Notes: a model not told the origin generated them from the letters alone. 64,000 bases of DNA from Callorhinchus milii (GCF_018977255.1 NW_024704743.1:73348001-73412000), one strand, 5' to 3'; shown: positions 9,792 through 22,875, counted from the first letter of the stretch. Translations and numbers: made by a program.

Positions 9792-11777
9792 ACAACAACA
9801 AGATTCCATTTATAAAGCGCCTTTCACGTCAGGAGGACGTCCCAAGGCGCTGCACAGTTGGGTCATGACCCGAGCAGGGGGGAAATGGTGAGGGGAGGGA
9901 AGGGAGGGAGCAAGGAGGGGGAAGAGAGTTGAGAGGGGAGCTGAAGGCTCGGTCAAAGAGAAAGGTTTTGAGACTGGCCTTGAAGGAGGAAAGGGAGGAG
10001 GCAGCGAAGGCACTGGGGGATAGAGTTCCAGAGCCAAGGGGCTGAGAGCCCGACCACCAATGGTAGGGCGATTGGGGCGGGGGACGTGGAGCAGACCGGA
10101 GCCGGAGGAACGGAGGGTACGGGCAGGTAGGGGGATAGTAGGTTGGAGAGGTAGGAGGGAGCAAGGCCGTGAATGGCCTTGTAGGTGAGGATGAGGATCT
10201 TGAAATCAATCCTCTGGGGGATGGGGAGCCAGTGGAGGCGAGCGAGGGTGGGAGTGATGTGGTCGCGGTGTCTGGTGCGGGACAGTACACGAGCTGCAGA
10301 GTTCTGAATGACCTGCAGCTTGTGGAGGGAGGTGGCGGGAAGGCCGGCGAGGAGAGAGTTCCCATAGTCCAGCCTTGAGGTGACAAAGGCGTGAACCAGG
10401 GTTTCAGCAGCGTGAGGGGTGAGGTAGTGCCGTAGTCTGGCGATGTTCCGGAGGTGATGGAAGGCGGTGCCAGTTGTGGTGCGGATGTGAGGGAGAAAGG
10501 ACAGCTCAGGGTCGAACAAAACGCCGAGGTTCCTGACTGGCTTTGAGAGGTGGAGAGTGCAGCCTTGGATGCTGATGGTGTCGGCGCCTGAGGTGCGGAG
10601 GCGCTGACGTGAGCCAATCAGGAGGGCCTCGGTTTTTCGCACGTTGAGCTGAAGAAAGTTGTCTTCGTCCAGGACTCAATGTCGGACAGGCAGGCTGTCA
10701 GGACATCGGTGGTCGTGGAGTTGAGAGAAGAGGAGGAAAGGTAGAGTTGGGTGTCATCCGCATACATGTGGAAGTTAACCCCATGTCTGTGGATGATGTC
10801 ACCGAGGGGGAGCATATAGAGGGTGAAGAGGAGGGGACCGAGGACAGAGCCCTGAGGGACACCACATGAGACAGTACGGGGGGTGGAGGAGAAGCCATTC
10901 GTCGAGACAAAGTGAAGACGGTGAGAAAGGTACGACCTAAACCACTCAAGGACAGTGCCTTGAAGGTTGAGGTGGGAGGACAAGCGGTGGAGTAGGATAG
11001 CGTTGTCGACCGTTTCGAATGCTGCCGATAGGTCGAGGAGGATGAGGAGGCAGAGGGAGCCCTGGTCACAGATGGTCAGGATATCATTGGTGACCTTGAC
11101 CAGGGCAGTTTCTGTGCTATGGGCAGCACGGAAACCTGACTGAAGGGGTTCGAAAAGTGAATGGGTGGAAAGGAAAGAGCGCAGTTGGGAGGCGACAACT
11201 CTTTCCAGGACCTTGGAGAGAAAGGGGAGGTTGGAGATGGGCCGGTAGCTTGATAGCTGCGACGCATCAAGGGAGGGTTTTTTCAGGGTGGGCGTGATGG
11301 TGGCAGTTTTTAAGGGAATGGGGACAGAGCCAGAGGAGAGGGACAGGTTGATGATGTCGGTGATATGTGGGGCAAGAAAGTGGAGCTGGGAGATAAGGAG
11401 TGGAGTGGGGATGGGGTCAAGGGAGCAGGTGGTTGGTTTTAGGGATAGGATGAGTTTGGTGACAGAGGGTGGGGAAACGGGTACAAAAGTGAGTAGGGGA
11501 GGATGGGTAGCAGTCAGAGTGTGGGAGTGAGGGGGTGGGGGGTTGGTGGATGTTGGAGGGGCAGTGACCGTGGAGTGAATTCCCTTGATCTTGGATTCAA
11601 GGAAATCCAGCATCACCTCGCAGTGAAGGTTGGAGGAGATGACCTGCGCGGGGTGGCGGGGGGGACGGAGGAGTCGGGTTGTGGTGGAAAACAGTAGCCT
11701 GGGGTTGTTCTTCGCCTCCAGGATTATCCTGGAGTAGAAGGACGACTTGGCCGAGGCTAGAGTGGAGCGGTAGAGTC
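9792..11777 (-). mobile_element. L2 LINE, ~2 kb 5'-truncated young copy
   Basis: Tail at 9792; RT motifs [54 protein letters not shown]. Confidence 0.96.
9953..11777 (-). pseudogene. L2 ORF2 reverse transcriptase remnant (frameshifted)
   Basis: ORFs 10618-11874 and 9953-10642 give contiguous ORF2 sequence across a frameshift near 10660; no endonuclease domain. Confidence 0.9.
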
Positions 11778-11983
11778 CTTGGCACAGCTCTCCAATAAAC
11801 CAGAGACATCTGCAATGAATCTGAGCATGTGTGCCCAACCTCAGCCGATTGCCCCCACCGGTCACAGTGCCCACTTAGGGCAGGGAGGAACCTATGGTAA
11901 CTTGCCACTCTGGATAATTAGTCACTGAGACCTTTTCCCTTGGAACGACGAGTCATCAGGAGTTTCCCCCAAGATTGGGCCCA

Positions 11984-14520
11984 GGGGTTTACTATAGATC
12001 ACCAGACAGCAGGAAGGAGATAGAGGAGCAGATCTGCAACCATATCGCAGATAGATGTAAGGCAAACAGAGTTGTGATAATGGGGGATTTCAATTATCCC
12101 AATATAGACTGGCAAAATAGCAGCACTAAGGGCAAGACAGGAGAAAAATTCATAGACTGTGTACAGGAAAACTTTCTTGAGCAGTATATCTCCAGTCCTA
12201 CAAGGAAGGAAGCATTGCTGGATTTAGTCCTGGGGAATGAAATAGGTCAGGTTGAACAGGTTTCGGTCGGGGTGCATCTAGGTAACAGTGACCATAATAT
12301 TTAGATTACTCATGAACAGGGACAAAGTACAGTCAAGGGTGAAAATGCTTGACTGGAAAAGGACTAATTTTGATGGGCTAAATGTGGACCTAGAGTTGGT
12401 GGACTGGCAAGTAAGACTAGCAGGTAAAACAACTCATGAGCAATGGGAGATCTTCAAACATATGATAGCTCAAGGTCTAAATAGATATATTCCCACAGAA
12501 GGGAAATGTGCGACAACCAAGCCTGAATGACCAGGGATATTCTGTCTAGGATAAAAAAGATGGCGTACAACAATTGGAAGACGCAAGATACTGAGGATAG
12601 CAAAGCGCATTATAAAGAATGCAGGAGTGATCTTAAAAGAGTGATAAGACAGGCTAAAAGATCGCATGAGAAGAGGTTAGCGGGTAACATAAAGGGGAAT
12701 TCTAAAATATTTTACAAGCACATAAAGGAAAAATAGTTAAAGGTAGGGTGGGGCCAATCAAAGACAATGACAGCAATCTTGTTGTGGAGGCAGAGGGCTG
12801 ATGTACTGAACGAGTACTTTGCATCTGTCTTCACAACGGAAATGGATGCCCCAAATCCCACAGTATTGGATGAGAGGGCAGAGGAAACAGATCAGATTAC
12901 TATAGAAAGAGTTCTGAAAGTTCTGAAAAGATTGACTGGGCTCAAAATTGATAAGTCACCAGGACCAGATGGGTTTCACTCAAGGTTGCTGTGGGAGATA
13001 TGGGTTCAAATAACAGAGGGTTTGGCCATTATATTTCAATCTTCATTGACACAGGAGTGGTGCTAAGAGACTGGAGAATGGCTAATGTTACCCCCTCTAC
13101 AAAAAGGGGCAGAAAGACAAACCCGGAAATTACAGGCCAGTCAGCCTAACTTCGGTAATAGGAAAACTACTGGAGACCATAATCCGGGACAGAATAAATC
13201 TCTACTTAGAGGAACACGAGGTAATTAGAGACAGCCAACATGGATTTGTTAAAGGCAAATCTTGCCTAACAAATCTAATAGAATTTTTTGAAGAGGTGAC
13301 TGCAAGGGTTGATGAGGGAAATGCGGTGCACATTATTTACATGGATTTCAAAAAGGGTTTTGACACAGTACCGCATAAGAGATTAGTAAAAAAAATTAGA
13401 GGCCCATGGTATTAAGGGGACAGTGGCAGTTTGGATTAAGAACTGGCTGAGTGACAGAAAGCAGAGGGTGGTGGTTAATGGGTGTTTCTCGAAATGGAAG
13501 GAGGTGTGCAGCGGTGTCCCCCAGGGATCGGTATTGGGACCACTGCTCTTTCTAATATATATTAATGATCTGGACTTGGGCATAGAGAGCACTATTTCCA
13601 AGTTTGCAGATGATACAAAGTTAGGTAGGGTAGTAAATAGTGAGGAGGACTGTAACCAACTGCAAGCAGACATACACAGAATGGTGGAATGGGCTGACAT
13701 GTGGCAGATGGATTTCAATGTGGATAAGTGTGAGGTGATACACTTAGGTAGGAAAATGATAGGAGGCAATATAGACTTGGTAGCTCAATCTTAAGGGGGT
13801 GAACGTACAGAGAGATCTGGGTGTTCAAGTAAGCAAATTATTAAAGGTAGTGGGGCAGGTAGATAAGGCAGTAAAAAAGGCATTTGGTGTACTGAGCTTT
13901 ATTAGTAGGGGCATAGAGTATAAGAGTAGGGACGTTATTGTTATTCTATACAAAGCACTGGTTAGGCCTCAGCTGGAGTTCTGCATCCAGTTCTGGGCAC
14001 CTTACTTCAGGAAGGACATTAAGGCATTGGAAAGGGTGCAGAGGAGATTCATGAGAATGATACCAGGAATGGGAACCTTAGCTATGAGGACAGGCTGGAG
14101 AAGTTAGGACTTTTCCCATTAGAGCAGAGAAGGTTACGCGGGGACCTGATAGAGGTCTTCAAGATCATGAAAGGTTTCAACAGGCTAGATAAGGAAAAGC
14201 TGTTTCCGCTGGTAGGTGTGTCTGTGACCCGTGGTCACAGTCTTAAGATATCTACCAAAAGAAGCAGAGGGGAGGTTAGAAGAATTTTTTCACTCAGCGA
14301 GTTGTTAGAATTTGGAATGATCTGCCTGAAAGGGTAGTAAAGTCCGATTCGATAACAGCTTTTAAGAGAGAACTGGATAGATATCTGGGGAAGACGGGTT
14401 TGCAGGGTTATGGGGAGAAAGCTGGGGATTAGGATTAGTGAAAGTGACTTGCTCTGTCAAAGAGCTGGCACAGACTCGATGGGCCGAATGGCCTCCTTCT
14501 GTGCCATAACATTCTATGAA
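11984..14520 (+). mobile_element. CR1 LINE, ~2.5 kb, endonuclease C-terminal half + RT + 3'UTR
   Basis: GVYYRSP, MGDFNYP, LLDLVL, LGNSDH (APE); [25 protein letters not shown] (RT); ATTCTATG tail; multiple frameshifts and stops. Confidence 0.96.
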
Positions 14521-15674
14521 TAGGTTCCAAGATAGGTTCCAAGTTTCAGTTTTTACTGAGGAGCAGACAGGTAACCCATCTGATCTGGAAAGAGAACTCA
14601 AGGATGCCACAGAGGAAATTTGCAATACTATTCATATCACTACCAGCACTACCAGAGTGTACCAGGGGGCTGGAGAAAAGCAGATGTTACTCCTATTTTT
14701 AAGTAAGGCAACAAAAGTGACCCAGGAAAGAAGACCACTAAATTTGACCCAGAGTGTGGTTGTACAAGGAATGTCATTAGACAGCATGAAAAAATGTAAG
14801 CTACTTCACATGGGCAAAAAACAATCCAGGAAGGTATTATTATTTGAATGGAAGGAAATAATATGTTTGTTTACTTACCAACATATCTTTTGTCTTCCAA
14901 ACCCAATATCAAGAGGTTTGCTAAAGATCTGAAGTAATACAATCATCTGGACTCCAAGCTCTCATGGCTGTCTGTAAGATGGCATGGGTCATACCCTCAA
15001 ACAAAAGGTTTACTTTAAGAAGGGAGCTCTGCACATCCACCTTCTCCAGACTTTCCTCTCACATGCTCAAGCCCCCAGCTTTATACTGGCACTCAATTAT
15101 CCATAAGACCTGGTGCCCAATTATCACAAACTCTATTCAAGCCTGATCGGAGTCCAGCCCTTGTTAGTGCCCTTTAACATAGGTTGATCACCAATAACTA
15201 TAAAAGGCAGTGACATGGTTTATCCTCCGATCCCACTGTCGTTTGTTGGACTATTTTCATACAGATGATTGTCCAGTGTGTTTTAATGCATTTTCCATTT
15301 ATCAAGATGAGACCAATGTGTCTATAGTTGACAGATGTACCTTTTTCAACTCTCTTGGAATGAACCATCCACATTTACTTGTTTCCAGTTTATTAGTTGA
15401 AATTCTGGTGGACAAGTATTAAAATAATGTCATTTAGTTTTTGTTTTCCCGCCAGATCAGTTGCATTCACATCGTCCGTAGAACCATCTAGCAAATGGGA
15501 ATTGGTGCAGCCAATCACAGCCTGGCATAGTCAAACCCATTTACAACCGCAACTTGCATTTATATAATACTCTTCAAGTGAGATGGTATCTTTGAGTGTT
15601 TGAGACACTTTTGCATAGTAATCACCCAATCGATGAAAGAGAGTAGATATGGTCGAAGAGAAAGGTCTTTAAGG

Positions 15675-15834
15675 TAGTTAGGGATGTCAACAATATCAAC
15701 AATTTCAATGAACAGTTTTGATAAGATAAGCTGACTTTGACTGTAAAGCAGCTAAGGTAATCTCGACCCAAAGCCAATTTTCTTAAAAATGGCTTCTACA
15801 AACACTTGTCAACTATTAATCAGTGTTGATCTTA
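15675..15834. mobile_element. Putative non-autonomous hAT-like element, copy 1
   Basis: Starts TAGTTAGGGATGTCAAC; first ~95 bp recur at 16786; possible decayed opposite end GTTGATCTTA. Confidence 0.45.
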
Positions 15835-16134
15835 ACACAGAATAAATTAATGGAATTTACAGAATAGATTAACTCTTGACTTTACCTCATCCGTTAATGA
15901 GAGCCAATTAAGTTGTTTATTGTGGAATTTTTGACGCAGGAAAAAGGGATGTAATTTCCTTTTGCAGTGTGGCCTGCTCAGATAGGTTGTAGTTAAGAAG
16001 GCAACAGTATGTTAGAAAAGGCCCTGGTCATTTGTGCATACTCCAATAGTAAATGTTTGGCAGCTTTCCTGTTTGATGGTGCACTGGATACAATCTTATT
16101 TACATTATGCATTCGGATTAATAATAATAATAGA

Positions 16135-16530
16135 CATCAATAATCCTGGCGTTTGATATAGCACCTGATCACAAGTCTCAAATTGTTTCACATTAAAGTT
16201 ATGTGATTATGTGTATTTTGTACACAAACAGAGCATCCTGTGCACATCCCACTAACAGCCATGGAGTGTGTGTCCAATTTTATTTGGGGTTAGGTTTTAA
16301 TTTATTTAGTTGGCTAGCACACCAAGAGAAACTTCCTTCTTTGATCGAATAGTGCCAGGGGATCTTTAACATCCACCTGAATAGGCAGACAGACCTCAGT
16401 TTAACGTCTCAGCACTACACTGAATGTCAGACTCCATGCGTTCCACAACCCTACGTGGGGCGTGGGGATTCAACTCACAACCTTAAGACCCAGAGATGCG
16501 AGTGGTACAAACTGAGCCAGCCTGACACAC
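16135..16530 (-). mobile_element. Deu-domain SINE
   Basis: Tail ATAATCCTGGCGTTTGATATAGC, core AATAGTGCCAGGGGATCTTTAACATCCACCTG, head AACTGAGCCAGCCTGAC. Confidence 0.8.
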
Positions 16531-16785
16531 AATGTAATATCCATTGTGATATCTGATTACTGTGACAATTTGTAACACATTTGCAAATCAGCAATTATCA
16601 TCCTTAAATATAATCAAAGATCTCAAATCATTATTTCTTCTTGTTCCATATGGTGCTGCATAAATACAATATGTGAGTCATATATACCTGTGCCATGGTC
16701 CATATCCATATTTTCCCATAACCTACAGTTGGTAGCACTCTCACCTCCGAGTCAGAAGCTTGTGAGATCTTGAACTCACATAGTC

Positions 16786-16920
16786 TAGTTAGGGAACGCA
16801 ACAATGTCAACAATTTCAAAGAGCTGTTTTTGATGAGATGACTTTGACTGTAAGCAGGTAAGCTGATCTCGACCGATAGCCCCGATAGCCCTGTTGAAAT
16901 ACATTGACTATCACCTCGGG
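16786..16920. mobile_element. Putative hAT-like element, copy 2, inserted after a DeuSINE head (16725-16785)
   Basis: Similar to 15675-15768. Confidence 0.45.
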
Positions 16921-18924
16921 ATACATTGGTATATTTCAAACTGCAACCGAATGTTCCAGAAGATTTGATAGCTTTGCTGGACCAGTTGAGGTCAGCTTCT
17001 GATTAAACGGCTTACAGTCTCAATATCTACCCATCGTGTCTGTATTGGTTCTTTTAAAGGGTATCTTCTTCAAAATATTATCATGGGATTCCTAATGTCA
17101 GTTTGAACCACTGGAATAGGCAATTTAACATTTCACTTAAACAATGTCACATCCAAATATGAATATCTTCTCAATACTGAATATCAATCTAGATCATGAT
17201 GTCAAGTCCTGAAGCCTGAATTTCTATCTTGTCTTAGTCTGCAAGATCATCTTATCTTAAAATGTACGATCATAGAGAAATGTGAGAAATTACTAAATTA
17301 AGCCTTACTTTGGAAGCTATCATATTTTAAGTGGTGGAGAAAAAAAGGCTTCTAAATTTGGCTGGAATTTAATAATCTTTCATTTTCATGGTAAATCGAT
17401 CAACACAAGATAGAATTTTGGAAATTATGAGGAGCTTGAACATACAACTTGAGTTAACTTAATAATTGATTTTTTTGTTCAGCAAATCACAGCTCACTGA
17501 AGATTTGCACTGCACAGCATATATTTACACAGATTTATATGCGTGATTTAGGCCAAGTTGATCGATCATCTAAGTACAAGTAAGATCTGTGCAAACACAG
17601 TCTATCCTGAATAGTGCATATAAAATATTCACTTTTTTAATTTAACTACCTGTTTTATGGATGTCATTTTAGTGTATAGAATCTCCACAAACTCCTATAA
17701 TCCTCATATTTTTTTTCTGCAGTGCACTGAAAAACAACTGAAACATGTAGAAGAATGATGTTAATTGTACGTGTATTTTGAAGTACTACATTGCATTCAG
17801 TACATGTGTTTTTGAACTGTACTTAGACGTCCAAATGCTCAGAGGATGGTTGTGAGGGCCATAATATTCATGGCATATAATGATCTGTTGCCGTGCTTGG
17901 TGAAACATCTTCCAGAACGTGGGTGGAGTGACAAGGCTCTGTCAGCTTGTTTTAGCTCCTCCGTAGTCTCATATTGCTGTTTTGTAATAGGGAGTAAGAG
18001 GCCTTTGTGGACACCCTGCAGAAAGGTCATACATGTCACCTCATATCCAAAGTCTGTCTAATTTTCAATTCCAGCCATGATAATAACTGCAGTGTGCTGC
18101 AGAGGATTAACATTCTTCAGCAAACTATAAGCGAGCAATAATGTTACAACAGCAGTGCCATTTAATTTAGTCAAGTAGAAATTAGATTTTTTTTCACCTG
18201 ATCAGAGTTCAGTAAAGATAGCATTGACTACATAAAAATGAGTGGATCAAAAGTTCTTTAAACCGTAGATAAATATGTGTGCGCAACTTGGCAACAATTA
18301 AAATTAAATTCAAATCAAATCAGGAAAGATTAACTTCAACAGAAACATTTTCACACTTTCTAAAAATGCTGCTGTCATTTGTGAATTTGCAGTGGATTAA
18401 AGATGTTAGCACCACAGACATAAATAACAGAATAATTTATGACTCTTCAAGTGGAACATTTTTTCTCTTGATCAAGAGTTGAGCCAAGGGATAGTGAAGA
18501 AGGTAATAATACAATTCAGGATTTTTTCCGATTGCCCAGTGGTTATGGAGGAGAATAGGCAGAAGTTTTGATGCAGACTGTCCACTCATTTATTAAATAA
18601 ACATGGCAAACACGATGCTGGGCTACAATATTTAATCATTTCAGATCAAATGGGTCAAAGAGCTTTCTTCACCCAAAACTTTCTTGTGATTTATTTTGTA
18701 TTGTATTTCCAAGTCTGGAGGGAGTTAGATGAAACTTCCACCTTCAAAATGGAAATCTCAGGAGGGAGCCAAATGACCTTCATCATGAGAATTGCCACAT
18801 ACATGGAACTTTGAGACTGGTTTGAAGTCCCTTCTGTACGGTGATGGATTTTGCATGTATGTCAGACACTCAACTCACCAAAGTACTACTACTAATACTA
18901 CTACTACTACCAAAATACTACTAC

Positions 18925-20054
18925 TCTCTGCAAACGGCTTTTCCTCCAGCCCCCGAACTGTTTCGTGCGGTGTCCCTCAGGGCTCTGTCCTCGGTCCCCT
19001 CCTCTTCACCCTGTATATGCTCCCCCTTGGTGACATCATCCGCAGACATGGGGTTAACTTCCACATGTATGCGGATGACACCTTTCCTCTTCTACCCTCA
19101 ACTCCATGACCACCGATGTCCTGACTGCCTGTCTGACATCAAGTCCTGGACGAGAGACAACTTTCTTCAGCTCAATGTGCGCAAAACTGAGGCCCTCCTG
19201 ATTGGCTCACGTCAGCGCCTCCGCACCTCAGGCGCTGACAGCATCAGCATCCAAGGCTGCACTCTCCACCTCTCAAAGCCAGTCAGGAACCTTGATGTTC
19301 TGTTCGACCCTGAGCTGTCCTTTCTTCCCCACATCTGCGCCACAGCTGGCACTGCCTTCCACCACCTCCGGAATATCGCCAGACTACGGCACTACCTCAC
19401 CCCTCACGCTGCTGAAACTCTGGTCCACGCCTTTATCACCTCAAGGCTGGACTATGGGAACTCTCTCCTCGCCGGCCTTCCCGCCACCTCCCTCCACAAG
19501 CTGCAGGTCATTCAGAACTCTGCAGCTCGTGTACTGTCCTACACCAGACTACGCGATCACATCACTCCCACCCTCGCTCGCCTCCACTGGCTCCGCATCC
19601 CCCAGAGGATCGAATTCAAGATCCTCATCCTCACCTACAAGGCCATTCACGGCCTTGCACCCTCCTACCTCTCCGACCTACTATCCCCCCACGTACCTGC
19701 TCGTACCTTCCGTTCCTCTGGCTCCGGTCTGCTCCACATCCCCCGCCCTAACCGTCCTACCATTGGTGGCCGGGCTTTCAGCCTCTCAACCCCTAGACTC
19801 TGGAACTCCATCCCCCAGTGCCTTCGCCGCCTCCTCCCTTTCCTCCTTCAAGGCCAGTCTCAAGACCTTTCTCTTCAACCGTGCCTTCACCTTCCCTCTC
19901 GACTCTCCACTCCCTCCTCACTCCCTTTCCTTCCCTCCCCTCACCCTGACCATTTCCCCCCTGCTCGGGTCCCGACCCAACTGTCCAGCGCCTTGGGACG
20001 TCCTCCCAACGTGAAAGGCACTCTATAAATGCAATCTTGTTGTTGTTGTTGTTG
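18925..20054 (+). mobile_element. L2 LINE, 5'-truncated young copy
   Basis: [39 protein letters not shown]; stem-loop and (TTG)n tail; frameshift near 19085. Confidence 0.95.
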
Positions 20055-20055
20055 T

Positions 20056-20290
20056 ATTAATAATAATCCTTGCATTGGATATAGCGCCTCATCACTTCAT
20101 TGAAACGAGTCAAAATGCTTCACAGAATATATTGTAAAGTGGATTGACTGTATTTTGTGGGCGAAACACGGCAGCCAATTACACACAGCGGTATCCCGCA
20201 AACAGCTGTGGATTGAGTGACCACATTTTTGGAGGACAAGGTATTATTACCCCCGGAAAGCAATCTGCCAGTCACTTAACTAACAATCTA
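20056..20290 (-). mobile_element. SINE family 2, 3' portion
   Basis: AATAATAATCCTTGCATT tail and GGCAGCCAATT..CACAGC body. Confidence 0.85.
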
Positions 20291-21084
20291 ACTAAAAATA
20301 AATTTTACCCTCATTGGTGCCCTGGGTGTATATTCGATGGAAGAATGACTAAGTCAGAGGGAATTGAACTTTATATTCTGGGTGACTGAACTGAGGCAAT
20401 AAACAGGCAGCTGATACCAAGGGATATGATAAAGAAGGTAGAGAAATAGCATTATGTTGCAGATGTGCCATGATCTAATAAAATGAGTGGCTGAATGGTC
20501 TGCTCCTGTTTCTATCTACTTATGTTTGTATGCATTTCCTGTAAACAATGGTCCCATTTAGTTGATACTTATTTTTTATAAGTTCAATAACACCATGCCT
20601 GTCATGCGGAATGAATGAAAGTGAAACAAATAAATTCCTGATTAAAGAAAATAGACTTTATCTATCATGGTCTTCCTGTTGGTAATGAGAGGTAGATCCT
20701 TGATTTGTGGCTTGATTTTGGATTTTGTAACAAATCTTTTAATTATTAGGCATCTTAATTTTTCAGTACATTCTATTGGTCGTTACATCTGGAAGACACC
20801 CCCCCCCCTCCCCATGCCCCCTCAGATGCTATGCCATTAAAAAAAACGATTGATGTCAACAAAATAAATTTCCAGCCTCGTAGGGCAGAGTGAAAATGAA
20901 GCTGTGACGAGCTCCTGTTATGTCAGTTTTGTTTTTACATGGATTTGTACAAACCATGCAGAGTAACCAGGATTAAAGTACACATTTTTGTCTGCAACAC
21001 AGCTTTGTAACGCTTTGGATTTCTCAATAACTGAAGCTTATCACTGAACATGAATGGGATCATGCTATACATAGCTGCATCCCT

Positions 21085-21512
21085 GAACCTGGCTCACTAG
21101 ATAGAACTCTGGTCTCTGAGACAGAGGTTGTTATTCAAACCCCACGGCAGGACTATGAGCTCATAATCTACTCTTGGCCGACAGCCCACTGCAGGGCTGG
21201 TGAAGCACTGCATTGTCCGAGGTGCTATCCTTTGATGTGACCTTAGATCCATCTGCTTGTTCAGGTGGACTTTAAAGATCTCATGGCACTATTTGAAAGA
21301 GATGGGTGTTTCTTATAGTGTACTGACCTACAATCCTCCAGATAAAATTGGCCATTCATTTCATGGCTGTTTCTGGGACATAGCTGTATACAGATTGACT
21401 GTCACATTCACCTACAAATAAACAGACTTTTGCAGTAAAATCCTGTGAAGTGCTTAGCAAACCTTTTAGCAGCGTGATAAGGTGCTGTATTAAAGGCAAG
21501 GATTATAATTAT
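21085..21512 (+). mobile_element. Deu-domain SINE
   Basis: CCTGGCTCACTAGATAG head, CAGGTGGACTTTAAAGATCTCATGGCACTATTTG core, AAGGATTAT tail. Confidence 0.82.
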
Positions 21513-21669
21513 GGTTTCTTAGTAATTCCACAGTTTTGATATTGTTAATGTTCTTCAAGAACCCTCTATGAAATGTTTTCACCCTAGAATTGTTACCTGT
21601 ATCCTCTGACGTATCTGCTGACTAATGCTGTCAGTTTCACTGTGATTTTGCAGCAATGCACTATTTTGA

Positions 21670-22225
21670 CCTTGTATTCTGTGCTGATGCTCCAATGCAC
21701 AGCACTGCATTGTCAGAGGTGCTATACTTCGGATGAGATGTTAAACCGAGGTCCTGTCTGCCTGTCCAGGTATTAAACATCCAATAGCACATAATAATAA
21801 TAATAATAATCCTTGCATTTGATATAGTACTTTTCACGTTGGGAGGACGTCCCAAAGCGCTTCACAGAACACACTGTAATGTGAATTGACTGTATATTTG
21901 TGGGCGAACGCGGCAGCCAATTGCGCACAGCAGTGTCCCACAAACAGTCGTAGATTGAAAATGACCAATTTATTATTGTTTTTTGTTTTTTTTCTTTGGA
22001 GGGATTATTATTAGGCATGTGGAGTAAGGAAACTTGCCCAGAAAAGAGCAGGGAGTTTCTCCTCATGCCCTGGCTGATAATTCGTTACATAAGCTTATCA
22101 TTTATTTTGGTGGCTGTTTGTAGACATTGCTGTGTGCAAATTGACTCCCACGTTCGCCTACAAGTACATAGTGACAGCACTTTACAGTAACTTTGTGAAG
22201 TATTTTCAGACATTCTCAGCAATTA
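21670..22225 (+). mobile_element. Deu-domain SINE split by a minus-strand family-2 SINE
   Basis: CGGATGAGATGTTAAACCGAGGTCCTG core to ~21790; resumes GAAAAGAGCAGGGAGTTTCTCC at ~22041. Confidence 0.75.
21791..22040 (-). mobile_element. SINE family 2, short variant, 5'-truncated
   Basis: (AAT)n tail; GGATTATTATTAGGCATGTGGAGTAAGGAAACTTGCCC. Confidence 0.88.
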
Positions 22226-22699
22226 TACACCAACAACTTGCACTTATAAAGTGCTCTTCAAATAGGACAATGTCTCAAAGATGGGGACGGCTGTAGGCAA
22301 TAGGGAGGTGTCAGTAGAAACAGTTGAAAGAAGTAGGTTTAAACATGGGACTGAAAGGTAGAAAGGTAAGATGGAGGGACAGAGGGAGCAGTTCCAGAGC
22401 ATAGGGGCATAGAATCTGAATGCTTGGTTGGCCATTTGTGGGACATTGATGTGCACCAAATGATTACTGCATTCACCTACCAAATACACGATCAGTACAC
22501 TTTACAGTATGTTCTGTGAATTGCTTGGAGACATGAAAGGCGCTGTATCAAATGCAAGGTTGATTATTATTCTGTTGTTTACTTATATAAAACAGTTACT
22601 ACCCCTAATATTAATTACTATGAAGTGCTTTAAGACATTTGATGTTTATAGGCACGATACAAATACAAGTCCTTCCTCTAACTATTGGGATTTGTTTAA

Positions 22700-22875
22700 T
22701 CCAAATTGTCCAATTGCCAGAAATGGTGATCGAGGCCAGGACACTGGATTCATTGAAAAAAGCCTGATTGTGTGATTGGTAAATGGTAGGGTGAGTATTC
22801 TGGAAGGATGAGCTCAGATGGGCCAAAAGGCCTTCTTCATCCAAACTAATCTGATGATAATGTGTTCTTGTGATC
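22700..22875 (+). mobile_element. Old CR1 3' end
   Basis: GGACACTGGATTCATT...AGATGGGCCAAAAGGCCTTC...TTCTTGTGATC, as in 35000-35136. Confidence 0.65.

Noticed and set aside
9829..10617. Long Ser/Pro/Thr-rich ORFs (also 3561-4214, 19202-20014)
   Set aside because: Alternative frames of C-rich, stop-poor L2 sequence.
10618..11874. 418-aa RT ORF as an active or domesticated gene
   Set aside because: 5'-truncated L2 ORF2 lacking the endonuclease and frameshifted near 10660; its N-terminal ~30 aa come from flanking DNA.
11925..11975. Hammerhead ribozyme core (CTGATGA...GAAA on the minus strand)
   Set aside because: Stem II does not pair convincingly and stems I/III are not evident.
18841..20028. 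395-aa ORF
   Set aside because: Chimeric read-through across frameshifted L2 sequence.
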